DNA of 63,914 nucleotides, filler included, from Perkinsus olseni (Eukaryota): NCBI GenBank assembly GCA_013115125.1. It is 4 parts of 4 records of this genome, joined end to end, with 100 filler letters (N's around TTAATTAATTAA, not from the genome) between each part and the next. Parts side by side here need not be neighbours in the genome. Positions count along the whole stretch, not along the records: positions 17,295 to 34,464 come from JABANN010000654.1; 3 more parts are not named here. One strand, 5' to 3'. Shown piece by piece: positions 23,919 to 34,464 of this stretch (position 1 is its first letter; each line of letters starts with the position of its first letter). The notes under the pieces were generated by a model. It saw only the letters and a program-made list of their open reading frames with translations, ran no database searches and was not told where the DNA came from. The position numbers and the translations under genes were made by a program.

Positions 23919-24476
23919 CTAGACGTCGATACTAGACAGACCGAGATCCGAACGACAGATGGGGCATTGCCGGCGCCTGACCAACGGCTGCGGTAATTGA
24001 GAAGGGAAGCAGGCTGTGAAACACTCTTTGTGAAATGTGTGTCCACAGGGAAGCTTAGCTGTCTCGTCCCCTTGTTCAAGATCGACAAGACAAATCACAC
24101 ACGTTGGCGATTGAGCGCAGTTCTCCGGACAGTGCTTAGTAAACAACACTTTCTCCTGAACCCAGGAGATCCATGCTTGGTCAGTCGCCACGTGCGAGGA
24201 CTTGTGGTAGGCCCAGTAGGAAACGACGATAACTGGGACAGCGAGAATGACGATCCATATGCCTACCATAACGGAGACGTTCACTTCGGCGACAGAGAGA
24301 CTGTAGGCCGTTAATATTCCAGAGGCGATCATCACGTGACAGACTCCGAGGAGGAACCAGTAGTGCTCTCGAGTCATCGCTCTTCTTGAGAACATGATTG
24401 GCCATGAAATTGGTGACTGAAAAGGGAGCGCGTCCCTCATCGAATTCGCATTTTGGTTCAAGCTTGTAGTATCCAA
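23919..24476 (-). CDS. transmembrane RING-H2 (C3H2C3) E3 ubiquitin ligase
   Basis: Two hydrophobic segments followed by CVICL...LPCGHTFHKECF...CPICR; the true start is probably a downstream ATG. Confidence 0.85.
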   Translation of the reverse strand: MDTTSLNQNANSMRDALPFQSPISWPIMFSRRAMTREHYWFLLGVCHVMIASGILTAYSLSVAEVNVSVMVGIWIVILAVPVIVVSYWAYHKSSHVATDQAWISWVQEKVLFTKHCPENCAQSPTCVICLVDLEQGDETAKLPCGHTFHKECFTACFPSQLPQPLVRRRQCPICRSDLGLSSIDV

Positions 24477-25148
24477 GTTGCCGCATATTCTCAGTCCAGA
24501 ATCTTGAATGAGAAGATTCTTGCGGCAAATTCCAAAAAAATCAGGAAGACTAAAAATTCAGTCCCTTTTAGACTATCGGAAACTCCTGAGCTGGGAGGCT
24601 CCCGATTACTATAAGAATGGCCCACTAAACGTCCGAACCATCCGAAACCGGTCTTGGGCTGGCGTCGCCCGGAAACAGTGGTTTGTGGAAGTGGTGATTA
24701 CTCTCACAATCAACAGAAGGCGCGATCCGCGGTCCTGACGGGCAATCCTTCAGCACCGGAAGAGTTGCACGCATGCGCTCGCGGCCGGCGCCAGGAGCGA
24801 GCTGGCACTACGAGGCCTGGCCGCTTCCTCTAGGTCGCTCCCGTTCGGAATGACTGAGACCGGTCATACTATGATGATGAGGCAAGTCGGGTGGCTCTAG
24901 TCGCTGCTTGTGGCTCCTCAGGATCGACTGAGTCTGTTTGTGCGTGCGGGGATGTAGACAGCCATGGCCAGGGCGTCACGGTGGCCTGTCTCGCGGGTTT
25001 CGGTAACGGCAAAGGAGCTCTCCTCCAACCCCATTACACTCTCGTGTGATTACAATTGCCTGGGGACCTATCGTACTGCAATTATCCTCATCATTTACCC
25101 TCCTGTGGTGACCACATCTTCACTAGTACAGTATACTGTGTAATGCCT

Positions 25149-25293
25149 TGTGTGTGAGTTTACAGTCCAACGCTTACAGTTCCGGCTTAGACTCTTGCCG
25201 ATGTGCTCAGTTAGGGGCTCTCTGTAGCGTTGACATGCAGTGCAATCAGACAGATTGTCGAGAAGCCTTCCTCAGGGGTACGTTCAACCAGAG
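25149..25293 (-). mobile_element. short retroposon, body type B
   Basis: Aligns over ~145 bp with 36899-37045, including the (TG)n-GAGTTTA-AGTCCAACG tail. Confidence 0.75.
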
Positions 25294-25733
25294 AAGTGTA
25301 GTGGCAGCCACGCCGATTGCTACAGCGCAGCGTTTTTCGGGATTCGCTAACGGCACAGGATCGCTCAATGCCCCTCTGCCCGTTCGTATCGGTGTCTTCT
25401 TGCTCACGACATTGAGCATGTCTGTTCTGGACTACGTCAACACTTTAAGTCCTGCCTAGAGTAACCCCACTACACCGAACTGTTTCAGTCTTCTTCGCGA
25501 GTAGACAGTGACGGGCGAGCGCTGCGGGGGTAGCAGAGGAACGTACTTTCTCGCTGAAGTAAGTCCCGGAGGGTTTCATCGACGGTGAAAAATCGGGACG
25601 AAAAGAGATGTTTGCTAGCGACATTGGCCAGAGCCCTAGCCAGGGTATAAGCAGCTTCCCGTAACACTGATCGTCGTCAAGTCGTAACTAGTACTGTGGT
25701 ATATCGTTCTCGACTAGAGAGGGTGGTTTTGGG

Positions 25734-25810
25734 AAAACGCGTGAACCAAAGCCACCACTCGTCTGTCAGTTGAACTGACAGACGAGTGGTGGCTTTGGTT
25801 CACGCGTTTT
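25734..25810. repeat. perfect 38-bp inverted repeat with 1-nt spacer
   Basis: AAAACGCGTGAACCAAAGCCACCACTCGTCTGTCAGTT-G-AACTGACAGACGAGTGGTGGCTTTGGTTCACGCGTTTT. Confidence 0.97.
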
Positions 25811-26449
25811 GGTTCACGAACTGACTCAGTTCGTCATCATTTTTCCTTGGTGACGAATCGAGCGGCTTTGCAACCTTTGCGTGAGCCGATCAATCCTACC
25901 CTGCCTACTAACGATACTACGGGTAAGGCTGGACCTTCCATAACATATAGGTGTAGGCCCTCGCTAGGCTGGCCGCTGCACGCGTAGGGGTTGTGTACCC
26001 GCTGTACGTGAGCACCCCATCGGTGGGGCGCGCTATCGCAATGAGCTGTTGAGCAATGAGTGTTCTTGTGAAGAACTTCTGAGACCTACGACTGTCTACG
26101 ATGGCTCGCGTTCACTATAAGGGTCGCATCAAAGAGTTGCAAAGACGTCTGAATCGTATTGAGCCAACATTGAGTCTTCTTTTATCCTATTCTTCATATG
26201 TTCATGCGTGCTACTAGTAATGAAAGTATTGCAAGTTCCCAAGTCTCGGCAACGAGTGGCAACAGAGCGCTTCCCTGCACACGAGTTGTTCTTTTGACGA
26301 GGCCAATATATTGAGCTGTGATTACTTCCTCTGCGCCTCCCGTGTCGCGCTAACTGCCTAAACTCAACTAACAGACGCGTTACGTAAGAAACAAGGAACG
26401 TAGGGGCAATCACAGCCTCGCCAATGATTGCTATATTAAACAGGCTCCT

Positions 26450-29400
26450 TCAAGCTGACGGTACAGAGCAGCCACAGCGCACCTGACGAGTGTACCTGAC
26501 AAAAAGTTCTGTAAAGACGCGACCCTCGGTCGGCGTGAACTCACTCCCAGATGCAGAGGGCACCCGTGACATGGACGTTGAGAGAGCGGATGACGCCGAA
26601 CTGTGGTATCTCCACGCAGGCGTCCAGCATAGGGATCAGCGAGGTGGGCATACCTGATCAATATCCGATGTGGCGTGATCAATTTGTCGTTGGAATTCGG
26701 AGTAGCCGAGCGAGTGGAACTTACTATCTTGCATTTCGTCAACGCTATGTCACAACCTCGCGGCCCACCTACCCTCTTTCTCGGCTCCCAACACCAGCAC
26801 AGTCTTCTCAGGAAACGCGAAGCGTTCCATCGGCTTGCTAGTAGTGGTCTGCTCCACGCCAACCAGAGAGTATCTGATCCCAGAAAAAACCGTGAAAAAT
26901 GACAGCTCTGGGAATCGAACCATGGACCTCGTCTCACCCGTTGTTCTTTTGCTTCACCAACCACTCGGGTAAGTTCTCCGGTTGAACTTCCTCGATTGGC
27001 ATCCATTTTTCTGAGGTCACCGCCACCGACTTGAACGCTTGGTCGCGCAAAACCTTCAATTTATTAGCCACTACCAACCTCGACGCCCCAAACACCTACA
27101 AAAAAGAGATATCACACTCAGAAATCTTGCACTCACTTGCTCTCTTGAATTTCCTCAATGATTCGAGAGACGATCTAAATAATAGGCGCCCAACTCACTT
27201 CAGCTGTTCGACACAGGCCAGCTAGATTGGGCGCCTTGTCGACGAAGGTGGCGACGATGATGAGGTCAGACCTGACAAAGCAGGCAGAGAACCCGCACGA
27301 TAGCAGAGCCCCGTTGAAGTAACGAAACATGGAAAGCAGAAATGAGTTTCAGAATTTTCTTAGATAATATTTTCTCAGTTCTCACCTCGGACGCGTCGTC
27401 GCCCCGTTGCAAGGCCCGGGGACTCGCTCACTATCAAGTGAAAGTCGCACCTGCCGGCGAGCTTGAAGTTGTAAAGTTGAAATTCTTTGCTGTGCGCCAC
27501 GGGTATCCTCAAATGTGTTACAGAAGTCCATCCTCTTGCTTGTTGAAAACTCCGATACACTTACAGTATGAAAAAAATTTCCAAAAAATTTTGTGCAAAA
27601 AACTGTGTAAAAAGCAACCAAGACAGCTCTGGCATTGTCAGACACAACAGACTTCCCCTTACCTTGGTGTGGCTGCTTTCTGGTTGAAGTTCGGGAAAAG
27701 CTCGGCCGCCATCAAGGGGACGTATTTCCTCTGGTGACCCGCAGCTTGATCATTACCACTCTCAACCTAGAACCATGCAAACTCGAAAGGGGTGAGAATT
27801 CACGAAAATTTTTTTCCGAAAATTTTCCCAAAAAACAGTAGAGTTAAAAGCTGCGCGCACATTAAAGGGGAGAAATGAACCGCCACCTCACCTTGGCGTC
27901 CTTGGTCCTGTCACCTGGTCGAGGTATCTTGAGAGGATCTATGCCCTCGTCAAACAGGTGGGCGACCTCAAGATCTCTCGTGTAATGCCACTCCTCTGCC
28001 ATCGCCGTGGCCACAGCTTCTCGGATATCCTACAACCAACGGGCATCTACTCGAAAAAATTCCGATTTCCGGAATTTTTTTTCAAATTTTTTCAGCTGAA
28101 TGGGGAATCGATGAGAGGAAAGAAAGAGGGGAATACGAATCTCCGGGAAATTGCCGTGACAGAAGGTAGTGGACGGCAGCCACAAGCGGGTAAAGCTTCG
28201 GCCGAGCTATGACTATCAGAAGCTCATACGGCAGCGACCAGAGATCTGATTTCATAGCCGATAGGAGGATTGATGAGGCGCGGAAGATCATGTAGAAAAT
28301 GGGTACTCGAATAAACAGGAAATTTGGAAAATTTGCTGGAGAAGAAAACGGCAACATAACCGAACCCGAACGGCGCATAACGGCAACATAACCGTTTTTC
28401 TGGCGGAGGTTTTCCTCGGAAAAACCGTTTAGTTTGGCTACCTGCATGAGTACACGATTCGGGAGCATCTCATCAACGCTGGTCTTGCAGATCTGGGCTT
28501 GAATGCCCGACAGGCCGACAAGGCGATTCACGTCCCACTTGTCGTACACAGGCACTTGCCTCTTACGGAGCTTGATGCACTCACGGTTGCTCGCCATAAA
28601 ATTAAAGATACCTGCGGAACACCGGAAGGTCGCAGGTTCGATCCCGGCATGTGTCATTTTTCTCTCACCTTTAACGTCGGAGTAATCCGAACCGTCTGTC
28701 GGCAGTCCGAAGTTGTGGACAGCATATTGAGCGATACCGCGGATGTAGGCCGTGTTGCAGGAGAGGTACGGTAGGATGTGGTCGAATACGATAGAGTTGG
28801 TACGATCGATAGAGTATCTTAAAAGATACTATCGTTGACAACAGCATGAACAGGAATTTCATGTCGAAGATTCTCGCACAAAAAAGACAAGAATCCCGCA
28901 TGAGCAATACCCGCGTCACAGACACTACTGCTTGAAAGATACGAGGTTTCCGCATAAGCAGCAGGAAAGATTCTACGTGAACGAGAAAAGGTTCCCGCAT
29001 GAATGAGCAGGACGTCGGAAGCAGCGAGCTTCGCTAATAACAGTAGTAGACTGTCACCCGAACCAATAGACGAGAACTACAGCGGCGACGTCGGGTGGGG
29101 CAGACGGGCTGCCTGATACTCGCGAGGGACAAAAAAACGTTGAAAACGAGGTACCCACGCCGCCGAGGAAGCCGACCAGCGGTCGCCATACCGAAAAACG
29201 ATTTTTGATATGCGAGAACCTGTTGTGACAGTTGTATCGGTAATGTTCCTTAACCTGGTAAGATATCTCAGCATAAGGTAGCGCCAAATCAGTAGTCATA
29301 CAGATGAAAAGTTGAGTATTAATAATTATCATTTTCCCATGATCTCGCGTTAACCCTGGAGACTGGGCGTAGCCCTAATAGAACCCACATGTATGTAGCC

Positions 29401-32400
29401 ACGAGAAGGACGCTAGCGATGCACTGAGGGGTAGCGTCGTAGCCCTTTAAAGCAGGCAGGAGGTAGCGGTCCAGCGTCTCCGTTGTGAACTTGTTGGCGA
29501 GGTAGCACGCAACGGTCTCCTGAAGGAAAAATTGCGCGCGCCGCAAAATTGGAGTCTCCGAGGGCTCATTGTAAAACGGGTTTGCGACATGGACCCAGTT
29601 AGTTCTTCGAGGGAAAATATCACCGAGAATACGGAAAATCATGGATCGTTCGATTGACGAATTGGCGCCTTCCACAGTGAACTACTCGAGATCAAGACTC
29701 TGCAATTACTTTCGCTTGCATTGAAATTTTGGCAACCTTACAGACCTAACGATCCCACTGTTAATGAACGTAAACGTTGCTTAGCACGAACATGACAATT
29801 CTCGTAGCGCGGAAAATCACGGAAATTAGAAGAGTGCGTTCGACACCCGATTGTGTGCTCCATTTTTCCTTTCGTCCATAATTTTCTCCTATTAACTACG
29901 ATTTGCGGGCGTTTCATCGTAAAATGCTTTAGGATCGCTCGTTCGTCTTTCGATCTTTTCGTCCAAGGGTGATACTTTCAGAAATGGTTTTATGCCCGAA
30001 AACGACACGCCCGAGGATAGAACTTGGGACCACAGCCACATATCAGATAGCTCACCTGATAGTCTCTAATATCCGGCAAATGCGGCCACATGAGGTGTTT
30101 GTACAGAAGCCCGGCAACCGAAGATTTGTAAACACCTTCCGTCAAATGCGCCACGAGGCACATAACGACCTAAGAATGAATGAAAAAAGCGCACGCCCTG
30201 GTGATCGATTTAGGGCGGCCTACTTGCCAGCCTCTGAGTTGTGCTCGATGGGGCCCACTGAAGGGCATGGGAGTGGCAGGTCCTTTGGCGCCTGATTCGG
30301 TCGTGACTATTGAAATACGCGTCTCCTCTAGATGCTTGAGGGTTGCGAGGAGTACCTGCGGAGTAATCGAAAGGTCCCGAGATCGAATCCCGGCAGAGGT
30401 ATTCTCTCTACTTCTTCCGCCACCTTCCCACCAACGGCGCTGATGAAAGTAAGCGCATTCACTCTACTCGTTAAATCAGAGCACAGGCAGAGCGCTACCA
30501 GCATATCGACAAACTCCAACCTAAAAGATTCTCCGCCAGTTTGACCTAAGACAGGGAAAGATACGTCACCCGTTATGGACGGAGGGCGAAACCTCAGAGT
30601 GACCCTCCAATAAAATGCCCTACTCAGTAGGGTCTCCTGATTCCCACTTTGCGTCACACAATCAGAACGAGTATTCATCATATCCACGATCATCATACGC
30701 CGCTACGTAACGATTTCAGATCCGTTCTAGCTAATCCGCGGCCGAATTTCGGGCAACCCTTTAATTCGAGGGTTCGGCTGATGAATAGGAAATATCGGTC
30801 GCCGAGTCGATCGCAGTATCAGCGGTTATTGAGCTGAAGGAAATCATGTTCATCAGATGACCGGAAATTAGCTATTTTCGAGCGCCCGTTTCTCACCTTC
30901 AACGCTCTTCAGCATCGCTACGAGCGGTATAGTCAGACCGCTGCTCAACACACTTTTCTGACCGCCATTTCCAATATCGATCAACCGTTTCATCAGCCGT
31001 TTCACGACATCCCTGGCCTCCGCTCCGCCGATTTCCATCAACCGGGCGTCCATGACCAGACCCAACAGGCCCTCCATCGCGCGCGCTGTAACATATTGAC
31101 TTCCCGTACCGTATATAAAACCACCGGCGTATCTTGTCAATTCTGAAACGGTCGAAACGGCCAAGCTTTCATCATTTGCCGCAGCAATCGCTGGTACGGC
31201 GACCGAGCGAATGACCGAGCATAGATCCACCAGAACCGCCGGGTCAGCTATCTCCAGCTCGTCGACGAGAATCTGGGCCTCCTGCAGGTCGATCACAGCG
31301 TCACTGCGCCACGAAATTCCTCCGTCGACGATGCTGCGGATAACAATCCATTTGTAACGGTAGAAGACGTCAATGGCGTCATCACAGACTCTCCAAGGAT
31401 GAAAGAGATTTTTCGCGCGCCACGAAAATGTCTCGCAGATCCCCAAAGCGTACGTGTGGGAGCGATCCGAGGTCGACCGCGGCCTCAGACGGAAGAGTAT
31501 CTTTGCCAACGCCCCAGGTAAGTGCAGGAAGGTCGAAATTGCCGCCAGGACTTGAACGAGATGGACTTGCTCCAAAAGCGGCGTCTCCGAGGACTCCAGC
31601 TTCGAGATTATGGTATCGACATCAGTGCTCTCAATTTGGTATCTTTCCATCAAAGCCGCTACCAGCCACCCCACGTGCGGAAAAGATTCTTCCGAGGTTA
31701 ACTCGGGAAGTGCACGCATGACCGCATCTTTACCAACTTTTATATTATGATATTCATCAAGGAACAAGGTCACTGCTAGCCACCGTAAAGATACGCCCTC
31801 AGGAAGATACGCCCGCGCAGAGGTCGACCTAAGATTCTCCTCCAACGCTGCAACAATCTTCTCGATCTCAGCGGACCCCTGGGGGAGGGTCCACACTAAC
31901 CCGGAGACTAGCTCGACCGTCAAGTCATCGCTAGAGGTGTCAGAAAGAACCTGAGCCGCTAACTGTTAGCGACTTTTCGCGCGCCACGAAATTCTCACCT
32001 TCGGCAACCACCGAGCGTGTAAGTCGGCATGAATGAGCGTTTGCGGCACCGGTGCTTCGAAGGAACACAAAACAGCGTAGAAGCGCACGAGGTTGAGTTG
32101 GAAAGAATCTTTGCTGAGAATATCTTCCGAAGGGAGCTCGAATGACCTGAGCACGAGTGAAGGAAAGATACTCATCAAACTCCTGCCACAAATGCTCGGC
32201 CTCAACTGCGCCGCCGCAAGAATGCTTTAGAGATCCGCGGAGGCCCTCGGCAGGCGATACTTTGAGTCTTAGGCGGATTTCCTTCTCGCGCACTGCGAAG
32301 ATTTTGGATACTCCGCGCTGCAACATTCAAAGGGCGGATAAGTCCCGCAGGTGAGTTCCGATAATAAACTGAATCAGCTCCGGGTTCTTCCGAATTTTCC

Positions 32401-34128
32401 GATGCTGTGCGTGGGTGTGGTTCAAGTCCAACGCCGTCATCCGGTTCGAGTATCTCGATCCAAGAGGGACTGGATAAGGCGAGTTTATTCAGCACCGAAA
32501 GTCTGTCAGGTTTTCGGCTCGCCCACAGCCAAGGGGTGATAGCTTTCCCATCTTACGCCTCAATAGCAGCTGTGAACAGTCGGAGTATCTTAGGTCGAAG
32601 CGCGGTCTTGAAGTACTTCACTCGTGTCGTGGCGAAGCGAAGGCACACGCTGAGGGTCTCCTCGCCCAGCGGCTCCTTAGTCGTTTTCTCGGCATTCCCG
32701 ATGGCCTCAAGCAAAACTCGAGTGGAGGTATAGTTGACTAAACCTGAGAAGATGGAAAATCTTGAGAAATCTTCGCTGTGCGCAAAGATACCTTCCAAGA
32801 CCTCCTTCAGTAGCAGGCTAATCTTGCCGCCAGATTGAACATAGGAGTTCACCAAATCCTGGCAGGCTCGCGAATCTTCGATGGTGCCGGCCGACCGTTC
32901 CGAATCTTAGGTCGAAGACAGCACTTCACGAATTGAACTCCGTGACAGAAACCGAAAGATACTCTCAACTAACCTGCGCAGGAGTCCGCAAAAGGGAACG
33001 ATCCCAATAGATGTCGACTGACTCTATTCTGGAAAAGTCGCGCGCCACGAAATTATCAGCAAACCCACCGCCTTACTTTCCCCTCCCCCAACAGCCTTCT
33101 CCGGTCTCGCATACCACCGCATACCGTTACAGAAGACGGCAAGATTCTCATCAAACGCCCGGACAATCTTCGAACAGAAGAATTGGGGGTCCACCGCTGA
33201 CAGCACAGCCGTTGCCAACTCAGGATGGGCACCGAGCTCGGTGAGAACGTGCCTGAAACGAGCGAAAATGATAGTCGGTAATGATGATGTGTTCTGACCC
33301 AGGGTCGAGCTTAGCGACGGGCCTCGAAAAAGGAGTTCAACTCCGCGAATGAGGCCCTCAGTTTCATAAATAAAACGATAAAGAGTTATCATAATGACTT
33401 ACTTGAACCCCGACAACCCATCAAAACCTATTCAAGGAATTATTTCTTAGACTATGACTGTCCGGGAACGCTGAGCTCGGCCATTGGTGAAATACAACGT
33501 CACGCTTCATCCATAGAAAAAGACACGTTGTCAACAGCCCCTTCTTCCACGGAAGGGCTTACTTAGGAATGGCTTCGTTATCGTGTCTATTCAGACAAGC
33601 TTCCAGTAGTGCTTCCACCCACAACGATGACATCTTCCATCCCTGTATTGCGCCAGCTTCGACCTTGGATGCTTCCGAAGCAACTATCAGCAGCTTCGGT
33701 GTGAACAGCTCCTTGAACCTGCTGGGGCGATCAATCGCAACCAGCGCGTCGCACCCGACTTACATGTGGCAAGCGAACTCATCGAGAGATTCCACCAACG
33801 CCCAGTACCACTGCCAAGTTGCGTTGAGAACTTCCGGACCGCCGACCCGTTCGAGCAACCATCGAGCACGCTTTCGGTGAATTACTCCAGTGCTTTTCGA
33901 TATGCACGCACGCACATCGTCCCAATCGATCACGCGATCGATTTCGCCGACCATTTGGCAATATATGACAATACGTTCTTCGTGGCTTCCCTTCGTGAAC
34001 TCCAACAGCTCTCCAACGAATTCCGGAGTTTCTATTAACGGAAGAATTCTGCAGTAGATAACCTCGCGAACATCAGGCGACATGTCCGGCAAATCGACGA
34101 GGATGCGACGGCGGAGATCGGCGGCCAC
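26450..34128 (-). CDS. TRM3: tRNA (guanosine-18-2'-O)-methyltransferase, Trm3/TARBP1 family (SPOUT/SpoU), multi-exon
   Basis: Spliced C-terminus reads [27 protein letters not shown]...[15 protein letters not shown]...[12 protein letters not shown]...[55 protein letters not shown]. The long helical N-terminus includes HRAQLRGWQ and DIRDYQ|ETVA. The start codon is uncertain. Confidence 0.9.
26874..26937 (-). other. 64-nt GT-AG intron containing a sense tRNA 3' half
   Basis: GTGAGACGAGGTC-CATGG-TTCGATT-CCCAG-AGCTGTC-A-TTTTT...ATCAG; removal restores the conserved [10 protein letters not shown]. Confidence 0.88.
28612..28668 (-). other. 57-nt GT-AG intron made of an antisense tRNA 3' half (Val AAC-like)
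   Basis: Plus strand reads AAC-AC-CGGA-AGGTC-GCAGG-TTCGATC-CCGGC-ATGTGTC-A-TTTTT; minus-strand splicing joins YSDVK|GIFNF in frame. Confidence 0.88.
29998..30055 (-). other. 5' end of a long intron (29520-30055) with a degenerate sense tRNA 3' half
   Basis: Minus strand reads GTGAGC...GTGGTC-CCAAG-TTCTATC-CTCGG-GCGTGTC-G-TTTT. Confidence 0.7.
30356..30411 (-). other. 56-nt GT-AG intron made of an antisense tRNA 3' half (Thr AGT-like)
   Basis: Plus strand reads AGT-AA-TCGA-AAGGTC-CCGAG-ATCGAAT-CCCGG-CAGAGGT-A; minus-strand splicing joins KVAEE|VLLATL in frame up to HRAQLRGWQ. Confidence 0.82.
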
Positions 34129-34434
34129 TTCGTCCTTCGCAGCAAAATCTCGAGAGAAAATCTGACCGAAATAAGGTTTATGAAACGCTGTACAGTGGAG
34201 TTTTTACCCACGATATGAAAACCAGCGAAAAACATTACCCCTTTTTACTGTTAAATTCGAATATGTGAGGTATTCGAAGTTTTTTGGGGAAAATTTTTGG
34301 TAAATTTTTTTCTGTTTTTCACGTCGCGATTTGCGCATTTTGCCCATGCATTTCATGCGCTTTCTACTTGCCGAACGTGAACCCTGTTCTCTGATATCGC
34401 GGGTAAAATTCAATATACATCACGAAGTATTGTC

Positions 34435-34464
34435 AGGGGTCGTTGAAGAAACCAATTCTGAAAC
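34435..34464. repeat. second copy of the MITE-like left end, cut by the contig end
   Basis: AGGGGTCGTTGAAGAAACCAATTCTGAAAC versus AGGGGTCGTTCAATAACCAATTTTGAAAC at 22326. Confidence 0.6.

Noticed and set aside
29830-29870. Ninth tRNA-like fragment (GCGTTCGACACCCG...CATTTTT)
   Set aside because: Too degenerate, with no convincing stem or variable loop.
32411-32436. GTGGTTCAAGTCCAACGCCG resembling a T-arm and the retroposon tail
   Set aside because: Short match inside an apparent Trm3 coding segment, without the flanking features; likely chance.
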